This document shows positions 18,522 through 27,129 of a DNA stretch of 32,000 nucleotides, in pieces. The stretch is from Candidatus Electrothrix sp. GW3-4 (GTDB lineage Bacteria; Desulfobacterota; Desulfobulbia; Desulfobulbales; Desulfobulbaceae). A model generated the notes under the pieces. The model ran no database searches. It saw only the letters and a program-made list of their open reading frames with translations, and was not told the DNA's origin. How positions within the stretch are numbered: position 1 is the stretch's first letter; every line of letters starts with the position of its first letter. A program made the translations under genes and the position numbers. The stretch lies in assembly GCF_037902255.1 (NCBI RefSeq), contig NZ_CP147990.1, positions 1,740,001 through 1,772,000 of the forward strand, read 5' to 3'.

Positions 18522-19658
18522 ATGAAGATTGTTTTTTTTGCCAATACGGATTGGTATCTCTATAATTTTCGTCTGGGGCTTGCCCGCTCTCTTCGTGCGC
18601 AAGGCGCTGAAGTGGTCATGATGTCACCTCATGGTGAATACGGTGCACGAATCGAAGCCGAAGGATTTCGCTGGATTTCCCTGCCTATGAACCGACGCAG
18701 TCTTAATCCTTTTCAAGAGATCCGTTTACTTCATTACATTTCTTCGATGTATAAAAAAGAACAGCCCGATGTGGTGCATAATTTTACTATTAAAAGCGTG
18801 GTGTATGGTTCCTTGGCTGCCCAGGCAGTCGGAGTCAAAAAAAGAATCCATGCTGTCACCGGATTAGGGCATATCTTTATCAGTCAATCTCTCCGAGCCA
18901 GAATCCTTCGTCCTTTGGTGAAAGGATTGCTGCGACTGGCTTTACGCGGCAAAGGGAGTCGCCTGATCCTTCAAAATCATGATGACAGAGATTTATTTCT
19001 TCAGCATAACCTCCTGACTTTGAAGCGCATTTTTATAATTCGAGGCTCTGGTGTGGATACCGAGCGTTTTGCTCCAATACAGAGGAAGCGAAAAGGCAAG
19101 TTTCGGATCCTGCTGGCGGCCCGCCTGCTGTGGGAAAAGGGGATCAAGGAGTATGTCGAGGCCGCTCAATTTCTATCTCATCGGACGGATGAGCTTGAGT
19201 TCCTGCTTGCTGGTGCAGCAGACCCCGGTAATCCTAGTGCCGTGCCGGAGCAGGAAATACGAAAATGGCAAGAAGAAGGTCTGATAACAATACTCGGGCA
19301 TGTGGAGGATATGCAGCAGCTGATGACTGAAGTTGACCTTATGGTTTTGCCGAGCTGGCGGGAGGGTACCCCACGTGGTCTCCTGGAAGCGGCCTCTATG
19401 GCTCTGCCTATTATCACCACAGATGCGCCTGGCTGCCGGGAAGTCGTGGAGAACGAAAAAAATGGTTTCCTCGTACCCGCAGGTGATGCTGTTGCATTGG
19501 CAGAGAAGATTGAATATCTCCTGGATAATCCAGGAACCTGTTCACGCTTTGGTCAAGCAGGTCGGGAAAAGATGTGCAGCGAGTTTGCCCAGGAAATTGT
19601 TTTTCGCCAGACCTGGGAGGTCTATCGCTCCCTCGGTATAACGGGATACAACAGGTGA
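18522..19658 (+). CDS. Glycosyltransferase family 4 (WbuB/PglA-like subgroup).
   Basis: 'MKIVFFANTDWYLYNFRLGLARSL' and 'REGTPRGLLEAASMALPIITTDAPGCREVV' are present. Confidence 0.85.
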   Translation: MKIVFFANTDWYLYNFRLGLARSLRAQGAEVVMMSPHGEYGARIEAEGFRWISLPMNRRSLNPFQEIRLLHYISSMYKKEQPDVVHNFTIKSVVYGSLAAQAVGVKKRIHAVTGLGHIFISQSLRARILRPLVKGLLRLALRGKGSRLILQNHDDRDLFLQHNLLTLKRIFIIRGSGVDTERFAPIQRKRKGKFRILLAARLLWEKGIKEYVEAAQFLSHRTDELEFLLAGAADPGNPSAVPEQEIRKWQEEGLITILGHVEDMQQLMTEVDLMVLPSWREGTPRGLLEAASMALPIITTDAPGCREVVENEKNGFLVPAGDAVALAEKIEYLLDNPGTCSRFGQAGREKMCSEFAQEIVFRQTWEVYRSLGITGYNR

Positions 19659-20788
19659 CAGTCCGGGGATTACAAGCAGAGACAGGAGACCTGCTCCGCC
19701 AGGTGTTCCTTGATCAGGACCTGAACTGGCCAGAGAACGGCACGCTCTCTGAAGAGGTCTTTTTTCGTCATGTCGTGTCGCAGGGAATGGCCCCGCTCCT
19801 GTTTCGGAGATTGGCAGGCAGAGCAGGATCAGCTTGGCCGCAATCTCTTGTGCAGCGGCTGCGGGAGTCTGCTTTACACCAGAGCGCCTTTGATTTAGTC
19901 GCTGAAATGGATCTTTGCCATTTACTTGATGCCCTTGCTGAGATCGATGTCAAGCCTCTTCTCCTGAAGGGGACACCGTTATCTTACACCCTCTATCCAG
20001 AGCCGGGCCTGCGTCCGCGCTGTGATACGGACCTGCTTATCCGTGAGTCAGATCGGGACAAGACAGCAGCTTTGATGAAAAAAATGGGCTATGCTCCCCT
20101 CCATGAGGCGCAGGTAGACTCTATCAATACCCAGATGAGTTATGCGGGAAAGACGGCGCAAGGGATTACCTGTCGCTATGATATCCATTGGCAGGTGAGC
20201 AATTGCAACCGCCAGTTCAGCCGGGATTTTACCAGCGGAAAACTCTTTGCACAGGCAGAGGCCATTCCGGCCTTGGGTGAACATGCCTGCACCTTGAGCA
20301 AGGTGGATGCCTTGATCTTTGCCTGCTTTCACCGGGCAGGCCATTTTTCCCATAGCGGTGATCGTCTGATTTGGCTCTACGATATCCATCTCCTCTGTCA
20401 GGCATTAACAGCACATGAGGTGGCAAGGTTTTATCAGCTGGCCAAGGAACTACAGATGATCTCGCTTTGTGTTAATGCGATGTTAACTGCACAGTCCTGG
20501 TTTGGTACGGTCTGCTCTGAAGAACTACAAACTTTCCTGCAAGAAACAGGAGAAAATGAGGCCTCTTCTCTCCTCCTGGGGAAAGATAGAAATGACGGTA
20601 TCAGAAGGATGACCCTTTTGGAACTTCAGGGAATGGCCACTTGGCAGGAGCGTTTTTCGTATATCGTACAAAATCTCTTTCCGCCACCCGAGTTCATGCT
20701 CTGGCGTTATCAGAAAAAAAAGATATTCTTACCCTGGTTATATGCCCGACGTTTGGTGGAGGGGCTGTTGATTATTCTACGAAGATAG
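19655..20788 (+). CDS. Uncharacterised nucleotidyltransferase-family protein (NTP_transf_5-like).
   Basis: 'LRPRCDTDLLIRESD' and 'YDIHWQV' are present. GTG at 19655 overlaps the upstream TGA (GTGA). The ORF track begins at 19574. Confidence 0.6.
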   Translation: MTVRGLQAETGDLLRQVFLDQDLNWPENGTLSEEVFFRHVVSQGMAPLLFRRLAGRAGSAWPQSLVQRLRESALHQSAFDLVAEMDLCHLLDALAEIDVKPLLLKGTPLSYTLYPEPGLRPRCDTDLLIRESDRDKTAALMKKMGYAPLHEAQVDSINTQMSYAGKTAQGITCRYDIHWQVSNCNRQFSRDFTSGKLFAQAEAIPALGEHACTLSKVDALIFACFHRAGHFSHSGDRLIWLYDIHLLCQALTAHEVARFYQLAKELQMISLCVNAMLTAQSWFGTVCSEELQTFLQETGENEASSLLLGKDRNDGIRRMTLLELQGMATWQERFSYIVQNLFPPPEFMLWRYQKKKIFLPWLYARRLVEGLLIILRR

Positions 20789-21423
20789 TGCTGGAGGAAA
20801 GATTCTCGTTGAAAGTAACAGCTCGATTGCTCATCTTTTTTTGGGGAATACTGTGCGGTGGTTTGCTCGTTCTCGCAACAGGAGTACTCTTTCTGCGCTA
20901 TGCCCCCTTGCTGCTGCTTGTTGATGAGCCTGTTACGCAGGCAGATATTGCTGTGGTGCTCGGGGGAGGGGGGGGAAGTCGGCTCCACAAGGGGTTAGCC
21001 CTGTATAAGGGACAGCTCGTGGATCATCTTGTCCTGGTGGACAAGACAAAGCAAGACTGGGCTGCCATGTTGCAGCGGCTCTGTCCGAACTACGTTGTTG
21101 AAGGCAAGATAACTATTCTAGAAGGCTCTCGAAACACCTTTACTGATGCGGAATTGGCAGAGGCATACTGCCGTGCCCACAACATAAAGAATATGCTGGT
21201 GGTGACAGATCCTTACCACACCCGCAGAGCAGCTTTGATTTTCAAAGAACAGTTTGCAGAAAACAATGTTCAAGTACGAGTGGTCAGTTCAGGAGAGTTC
21301 GGCAACCGGTTAACGCCGCAAGACCAGTGGTGGCAGGATGAAAACACTCTGAAGACCGTCTGGGCCGAGCTCAGCAAGATATTCATTATCCTCTTAAGAA
21401 AATATGAGTTTTGTTCTCACTAA
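20788..21423 (+). CDS. DUF218 (YdcF/ElyC/SanA-like) protein with one N-terminal TM segment.
   Basis: 'ADIAVVLGGGGGSRL' and 'MLVVTDPYHTRRAALIF' are present. The start is uncertain: in-frame candidates are GTG at 20788 or TTG at 20809, the latter after GGAGGA. Confidence 0.7.
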   Translation: MLEERFSLKVTARLLIFFWGILCGGLLVLATGVLFLRYAPLLLLVDEPVTQADIAVVLGGGGGSRLHKGLALYKGQLVDHLVLVDKTKQDWAAMLQRLCPNYVVEGKITILEGSRNTFTDAELAEAYCRAHNIKNMLVVTDPYHTRRAALIFKEQFAENNVQVRVVSSGEFGNRLTPQDQWWQDENTLKTVWAELSKIFIILLRKYEFCSH

Positions 21424-22174
21424 ATTTTTTCCCTTATTTATTTATCCACTGGGCATGGTGGTTGGCCTTTTGCTTGGTGCGTTTTTTCTGCTCCTGGGTA
21501 AACGGAAGCGCAGCGCTAGCCTATTGCTGCTCATTTCCCTGGTGCTTCTATGGGTGAGTTCGACCCAGGTGTTTGCCGAACGTCTTCTCTACTCACTGGA
21601 ACGTTTGTATCCCCCTTCATCCATCGAAACAATACCAACCGCAGATGCGATTGTTATTCTGGGCGGTGTCACCCGGGGGAGAGTCCCTGGAAATGGCCTG
21701 ACCGATCTCGGCGGCGGAGTGGACAGGATTGTCCATGCGGCCCGTCTCTTTAAGGCAGAGAAGGCACCTCTTTTCATCCTGTCCGGTGGTAATGAACCTG
21801 GATATAGATCTGAAGCCGAGGATATGGCAGATATTCTGCAACTCATGGATATCCCAGCAGACAAGATGCTGCTGGAGACCAAGAGCAGAAACACGCAGCA
21901 GAATGCCCTGTATTGCAAAGATATTTTTCAGCAACAAGGAATCAGGAATATCCTGCTGGTGACCTCAGCCAGCCATATGCGTCGGGCAGAGGCGATTTTT
22001 AACGGAATCGGTGTGTTTGTGATCCCGGCAGCCACAGATTATCAATTGGTTGAGCGTGCTCCTTCTTTCCTGGACTGGCTCCCCCAGGCCGGAGCGCTGG
22101 AGATGACGACCAAAGGAGTAAAAGAATATATCGGGTATTGGGTCTATCTGCTGACAGAGACGGTAAATGGCTAA
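21404..22174 (+). CDS. DUF218 (YdcF/ElyC-like) membrane-anchored protein, a tandem paralogue.
   Basis: 'DAIVILGG', 'LFILSGGNEP', 'ETKSRNTQQNA' and 'ILLVTSASHMRRAEAIF' are present. It overlaps the upstream gene by 20 nt. Confidence 0.8.
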   Translation: MSFVLTKFFPLFIYPLGMVVGLLLGAFFLLLGKRKRSASLLLLISLVLLWVSSTQVFAERLLYSLERLYPPSSIETIPTADAIVILGGVTRGRVPGNGLTDLGGGVDRIVHAARLFKAEKAPLFILSGGNEPGYRSEAEDMADILQLMDIPADKMLLETKSRNTQQNALYCKDIFQQQGIRNILLVTSASHMRRAEAIFNGIGVFVIPAATDYQLVERAPSFLDWLPQAGALEMTTKGVKEYIGYWVYLLTETVNG

Positions 22175-22198
22175 CAAGGGCAAACCATCTATTCAGCA

Positions 22199-24643
22199 AT
22201 GATTCGAACATATTTATTGATCTTCCAGGCTCTTATCCTGGGAATTACTCTTGCTACAGGAACGAAACCTAGCTGGTCAGAGGAAATATCAGCTCAGTCC
22301 AAAGGGAAGGAAATCCAAAGTGGCGCACAGGCGTTGGTCATTGCCGATAAAGGCAAGACGACAGCTGTTATTGTTGTTGCAGAAAAAGCTGGGCCAGAGG
22401 AACAACTGGCAGCGCAGGATCTGGCGAAATATATCGGCATGATGTCTGGTTCTACCCCGGTAATTGCCCAAACCCCAGAGACCATTGCCGCAGCGCTGCA
22501 GGGAAAAGGACCTGTCCTCCTGGTCGGACAGGAGGCCTTAAAGGCGGACCCCTCCCTTGCTAATGAGCTAAAAAAGCCGGTCACGGTGCAAGGACTTTTG
22601 CGTAGCGATGCCATTGTCCTTCAACGGAGAGGAAATCGGGTCTATCTTGCCGGTAGCAACGATCTCAGCCATTATTATGCAGTCATAGAGCTTCTGCGCC
22701 GCTGGGGTTGCCGATGGTATCTGCCCACCGAGTTCGGTGAGTGCATCCCCAGAAAGCCGCGTCTGACCATTGGTGATCTGGAGTATACCTCTGCTCCTCC
22801 CTTTGAGATCCGGTCCTACTGGATTTCCTGGCTTGGAGACCGTACAGGCATGGAGGACTTTCAGCGGCGTAATTTTATGACTCTGGGAAAAGGAGGCTTC
22901 CCGCCCACCGGACATGCCTTGGGCAAGTATGTCCGTGAGCTGGAGAAGGACGTCTTTCGCATCCCCTTGACAGCCCCGGAAACAGCCGAGCATATCGTGA
23001 ACAAGGTGGCAGAGAAATACGCTGCCGGTGAGAGCTTTTCCCTCAGTATGGAGGACGGCGTGTACGAGTCCAGCTATCCTGGGGATAAAAAGCTGATGCG
23101 ACTGCAATGGGATAAGTACTATCTCCGTTGGAGTGTGACCGATCCTTTTCTGGAGCTCTATAATAACGTGGCAGACACTCTTCAGAAAAAATACCCGGAC
23201 AGTCCGGCCAAAATCGGTTTTCTTGCCTATACAAATATGACCATCCCTCCTGTGCGGGAGATGAAGGCGGAAAAATCCCTGTTCTGTGAGCTGGCTCCCA
23301 TTGATATTGATCCCATCCACGGCATGGATTCCCTCCAGTCCCCACCCCGGCAAGAGTATAAGGCATCCCTTTATAAATGGGCCGAGGTCATGGACGGGCG
23401 GCTGGCCATCTATGATTACGATCAGGGCATGTTGGTCTGGCGGGATCTTCCCAATCCCTCCCACCAGGCCTTTGCCCAGGATGTGCAGCATTATCGCAAG
23501 GCCGGGATCCTGGGGATTCATACGGAAAGCCGCAATGCCATTGCCACCACCTTTCTTAATCTCTCTCTCCGTGGTCAGCTGATGTGGGACCCGGATGCGG
23601 ATATCCAGGCTGAACTGGCAGAATTTTACCCCAAATTTTATGGTCCTGCTGCCCAACCCATGCAGGCTTATTGGGAAGCCATCTTTCAGGCTTGGCAGGA
23701 GACTATCGTGACTGAGCACGAGTATTTTCTTGCCCCGGCTATCTATACTCCTAGTCTGCTCAAGACCATGAAGGCCCGGATGAAAGAGGCAGAGGTTTTG
23801 CTTGAGCCATTACGCAAAAAGAAAAATCGCTCTCGTAATGAACAGCTCTATCTGGACCGGATAGCCTTTACCCGGATGAGCTGCGATATCACGACCCTGT
23901 ATCTGGCAATGGTTAGGGCTGCTGCCTCTGATATTGATTATAACAAAGCCGTGCAACTTGGGGAAAATGCCCTGGTTATTCGGGAAGAACTAACAGCTAT
24001 GAACGGAACCTTTACCACCTATAAGGGCATGAAGGTGGAAAATACCGGTTATGCCTGGTGGCCGGGTGAGGTTCGGCAATATCGTGAGCTGGAGCAATGG
24101 GTGAACGGCGATAAGGGAGAGCTGGTGCTCAAGCTGCCACTGGAGTGGGCCTTTCACCGGGATCCGAAGAATATCGGGGTGAAAAATAATTTTGCCACTG
24201 AACCGATGGATCTGACCTTCTGGCAGGCAAACCGGGGCACCTATACCCTGGATCTGCTCAAGGATTATCCGGTGACTGAGTGGGAGATGCTGCGGACAGA
24301 CCTGTACATGCAGGCCCAGGGAGTACGCAACCCGGATCGGCAGAGTTACACCGGTTATGCCTGGTACCGCACCGAGGTGGATATTTCAGCAGAGCAGGCG
24401 GACAAAAAGCTGCACCTTCGTTTTCCCGGTCTGTTTAACGAATGCTGGCTCTATCTTAATGGCGAGGAACTGGCCCACCGTGAGCAGAATCCGCTCTGGT
24501 GGAACAACGATTACCGCTTTGAGTGGGATGTTGATTTGACCGGTAAGCCCAAACAGGGTGAAAATATCCTTGCCCTACGGCTGGAGAGTCGGCATCATTT
24601 TGCTGGCATGTTTCGTCGACCTTTTATCTATGCTGCGCAATAA
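22199..24643 (+). CDS. Secreted 814-aa protein. It is a putative glycan-binding or glycoside-hydrolase-like enzyme (DUF4838-like body from memory, with a C-terminal GH2-N/galactose-binding-like domain).
   Basis: Signal peptide 'MIRTYLLIFQALILGITLATG'. C-terminal 'YTGYAWYRTEVDISAEQADKKLHLRFPGLFNECWLYLNGEELAHRE' matches the sugar-binding jelly-roll pattern of GH2 N-terminal domains. Coding status is very likely, but the function is uncertain. Confidence 0.55.
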   Translation: MIRTYLLIFQALILGITLATGTKPSWSEEISAQSKGKEIQSGAQALVIADKGKTTAVIVVAEKAGPEEQLAAQDLAKYIGMMSGSTPVIAQTPETIAAALQGKGPVLLVGQEALKADPSLANELKKPVTVQGLLRSDAIVLQRRGNRVYLAGSNDLSHYYAVIELLRRWGCRWYLPTEFGECIPRKPRLTIGDLEYTSAPPFEIRSYWISWLGDRTGMEDFQRRNFMTLGKGGFPPTGHALGKYVRELEKDVFRIPLTAPETAEHIVNKVAEKYAAGESFSLSMEDGVYESSYPGDKKLMRLQWDKYYLRWSVTDPFLELYNNVADTLQKKYPDSPAKIGFLAYTNMTIPPVREMKAEKSLFCELAPIDIDPIHGMDSLQSPPRQEYKASLYKWAEVMDGRLAIYDYDQGMLVWRDLPNPSHQAFAQDVQHYRKAGILGIHTESRNAIATTFLNLSLRGQLMWDPDADIQAELAEFYPKFYGPAAQPMQAYWEAIFQAWQETIVTEHEYFLAPAIYTPSLLKTMKARMKEAEVLLEPLRKKKNRSRNEQLYLDRIAFTRMSCDITTLYLAMVRAAASDIDYNKAVQLGENALVIREELTAMNGTFTTYKGMKVENTGYAWWPGEVRQYRELEQWVNGDKGELVLKLPLEWAFHRDPKNIGVKNNFATEPMDLTFWQANRGTYTLDLLKDYPVTEWEMLRTDLYMQAQGVRNPDRQSYTGYAWYRTEVDISAEQADKKLHLRFPGLFNECWLYLNGEELAHREQNPLWWNNDYRFEWDVDLTGKPKQGENILALRLESRHHFAGMFRRPFIYAAQ

Positions 24644-24645
24644 AG

Positions 24646-24670
24646 GATCCCGCCCCAAGGGGCGGGGATC
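24646..24670 (+). terminator. GC-rich hairpin immediately after the stop of the 814-aa gene.
   Basis: 'GATCCCGCCCC-AA-GGGGCGGGGATC' forms an 11-12 bp stem with one bulge, starting 3 nt after TAA (24641-24643). No clear U-tract follows. Confidence 0.45.
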
Positions 24671-24715
24671 AGACCAGAAGCTTCGCAATGACTTCTTCTA
24701 AATAGAACAAACTCT

Positions 24716-25501
24716 ATGGAGAGTACCATGAATATACAACAGGATTTACAGCAACGACTGGAAAAAAAGCCCATCCTTCTCATGACCCATCTGGTCCTGG
24801 GATACCCTTCCTTAGAGGTCAATCGCGAGGTTATTCGCCAGATGGCGGAAAACGGGGTGGATTGCATTGAGCTTCAGATTCCCTTTTCCGAGCCTATGGC
24901 GGACGGCCCGGTGATCCTCAAGGCCAATCAGGATGCCCTTGCTTCCGGGATTCGGGTTGAGGACAGCTTTGCCTTTGCCCAGGAGATGGTGGAGGAGTTC
25001 CCCCAGGTTCATTTCTTTTTTATGACCTATTACAATATTGTGTTCCGTTACGGCTTGAACGCCTTTGTCCAGCGGGCCACAGATATCGGGATGAAGGGCT
25101 TTATTCTTCCTGATCTGCCGCCGGAAGAGGGGCAGGAGTATCTCCGCCTGGCCAAGGAAAAGGAGATGGCGGCCATTATGTTTTTCACCCCAACCTCAAC
25201 GGATGAGCGTATGACCCAGGTGGCAGGGCAGGGTAGTGGGTTTGTCTACTGCGTGGCCCGTAAGGGAGTGACCGGTAAGCAGACCGCAATGGACGACGGC
25301 CTTTCGCAATACCTCCTGCGTTGCCGCCGGGCAACCGATCTGCCGCTTGCAGTGGGCTTTGGGATCAGCAGCCGCGAAGATGTGGCCCTGCTGGAGGGCA
25401 AGGCGGATATGGCGGTTATCGGGACCGCGACCATCAAATTGGTGGATAAGGAAGGGGCAAAGGCGGTGGGGCCGTTTATTCGGTCGCTGGTTGGGGAGTG
25501 A
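24716..25501 (+). CDS. trpA: Tryptophan synthase alpha chain.
   Basis: 'IELQIPFSEPMADGPVILKA', 'AVGFGIS' and a length of 261 aa. ATG at 24728 is an alternative start. Confidence 0.9.
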   Translation: MESTMNIQQDLQQRLEKKPILLMTHLVLGYPSLEVNREVIRQMAENGVDCIELQIPFSEPMADGPVILKANQDALASGIRVEDSFAFAQEMVEEFPQVHFFFMTYYNIVFRYGLNAFVQRATDIGMKGFILPDLPPEEGQEYLRLAKEKEMAAIMFFTPTSTDERMTQVAGQGSGFVYCVARKGVTGKQTAMDDGLSQYLLRCRRATDLPLAVGFGISSREDVALLEGKADMAVIGTATIKLVDKEGAKAVGPFIRSLVGE

Positions 25502-25568
25502 GGGGGCTCCTGAGCAGGATACCTTGTACGAGGTGTTGAGGAGGGCTCGAGCTTGAAAAAAGCAAAAA

Positions 25569-26036
25569 ATGGAACGGGGTTGTGAGATGGATTGGAAAGT
25601 AATTGCTGGCGGTATCACAGGGATCGGACTTATTGTTAAAGCTGTTCATGATGTTTATATGAAGCTTTGTTCAATTTTACAGCCGTTACTAAGGCGGCAA
25701 ACAGCTAAGATTGCCATTTTGCATAATCAAGAAAATAAGGACTCGGCTGCGGGTTTTGTTGAAGAATTGAATTCTCGCGGATATAAAGATGTTGACTTGA
25801 CGGCAATGCCGGAGGCGTTGCTTGGGCGTCAAGTAGTGATCGTTTGGCAACCGAAAAAGGAAACAGCAGCAGAGCTGGTTGAGTCAGTTCAAAGTGCAGT
25901 TTCTGATGCTTTCTTGATGATTTTCACTTACGAAGATCTCAAAGTTCAGCGAAGCGAAAGGGTATTATTTTCGAACTCAACCCTTCGGCTGTTCGGTGAT
26001 CTTTCAACTCTTGCAGAGGGACTTAGGCCGACCTGA
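25569..26036 (+). CDS. Hypothetical protein with one N-terminal TM helix and an alpha/beta cytoplasmic domain.
   Basis: ORF of 155 aa. 'WKVIAGGITGIGLIVKAV' is hydrophobic. The alternating pattern 'KIAILHNQ..AAGFVEELNSRGY..VDL...RQVVIVWQP' follows. Local GC is low. ATG at 25587 is an alternative start. Confidence 0.5.
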   Translation: MERGCEMDWKVIAGGITGIGLIVKAVHDVYMKLCSILQPLLRRQTAKIAILHNQENKDSAAGFVEELNSRGYKDVDLTAMPEALLGRQVVIVWQPKKETAAELVESVQSAVSDAFLMIFTYEDLKVQRSERVLFSNSTLRLFGDLSTLAEGLRPT

Positions 26037-26300
26037 TCTCCGGTCTGCTGGGCAAGGATGACGAGCTAGTCAAGAAGATGCGGAAGTTCAGAAAATAACT
26101 TCCCTTGGTACGCACCTTTATCCCCCATTGACGCAGCGTTCTCCCCAAGGGGAAAGGAATAATCCCCTCTTGCTGAAGCACTCTCCCTTTGGGGATGATG
26201 TCCGGTCATAAAGGGCAGAGACTCTTCCCCCCAGGATGGAAAGTTACGTCGATTTGCTGGGATGAAACCCACTCGGTCCCACACAACTCGGAGAAAGAAC

Positions 26301-27104
26301 ATGTTGCAGTTCCTGAAAAAAATATTTTCGAAAAACAGGTCATCCCAAGAAGACGAATACCCGAGCAGCGTTCAGATGCTTGAAGAGGCAGCATACATTT
26401 TCTTAAACAAAAAGATGTATATCTCTGCAACAGGGGTGTTTACGACGCTTGTCACTGAAAATCCCAGATCATCTATGGGATGGTATGGCATTGCAAACGC
26501 TCTGTACTGTTTAGCAGCTGGCGACATGAAAATGAATAAACTCAGCTGGATGAACAGGATCACCTTAGGGTATCAATGCATTCTGCGATCTATTGAAGAG
26601 GACCAGGATAATAAATACGCTAAGGAACTTTGTCACTGGATGGTAACCAAGAGTCCCTTACGAGATGAAGACGTAAGCGAGCTGCAACCATTTCATGATG
26701 CCCTAAAGTTAATACGCAAGGTCGCCGGATTCAATGCAAACACCCTGATTGAAAACTTCCAGCAGCATGCCTCCATGATGAGGATGAAAATTATCATGTG
26801 CTTCGAGGGGATCGAAGAACAATACGTTGGCGACCTCTTCGTGTCTGCCTTGAGTGATCCCGATAAAGATGTCAAGATGGCAGCCCTGAAAAGGATAGGC
26901 ATGTGGGGGAATCGTGAGGAAGTGCGCTCCACGCTTGAAGAGATGGTTGCCTCAGAGGCATGGGATGAGCTTGGGCCCTATCCTAGTATGGGAATTTGGG
27001 CAGTACAAGCCCGTTATCCTGAATATAAAGACTGGAGCGCACCTTTGCTTGAAAAAATAAGGAGTGCGGAGGAGAAGGACGAAAACGATACGATGGCCTC
27101 GTAG
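26301..27104 (+). CDS. Hypothetical helical-repeat protein (TPR-like N-terminal half, HEAT-like C-terminal half).
   Basis: ATG at 26301 is preceded by GGAGA (26290-26294). 'LVTENPRSSMGWYGIANALY' is TPR-like and 'ALSDPDKDVKMAALKRIGMWGNREEV' is HEAT-like. Confidence 0.6.
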   Translation: MLQFLKKIFSKNRSSQEDEYPSSVQMLEEAAYIFLNKKMYISATGVFTTLVTENPRSSMGWYGIANALYCLAAGDMKMNKLSWMNRITLGYQCILRSIEEDQDNKYAKELCHWMVTKSPLRDEDVSELQPFHDALKLIRKVAGFNANTLIENFQQHASMMRMKIIMCFEGIEEQYVGDLFVSALSDPDKDVKMAALKRIGMWGNREEVRSTLEEMVASEAWDELGPYPSMGIWAVQARYPEYKDWSAPLLEKIRSAEEKDENDTMAS

Positions 27105-27129
27105 CTGGTATCGCGACCTCGTGCCAATT

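Noticed and set aside
15484-20788. A lasso-peptide-like cluster, read as an Asn-synthetase homologue acting as cyclase plus an NTP_transf_5 nucleotidyltransferase.
   Set aside because: The AsnB homologue retains the Cys2 glutamine-amidotransferase nucleophile. It is embedded between GT4, EpsG and GT4 genes in a glycan operon. No transglutaminase-like protease, RRE or short precursor ORF is present. A WbpS-like sugar amidotransferase is the simpler reading.
22568-23719. A strikingly long (383-aa) minus-strand ORF inside the 814-aa gene.
   Set aside because: The plus-strand frame has a signal peptide, a coherent domain pattern and an uninterrupted 814 codons. The antisense translation is L/G/H/I-rich without motifs, a start context or an RBS. 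I treat it as a codon-complement artefact, though Ribo-seq could confirm.
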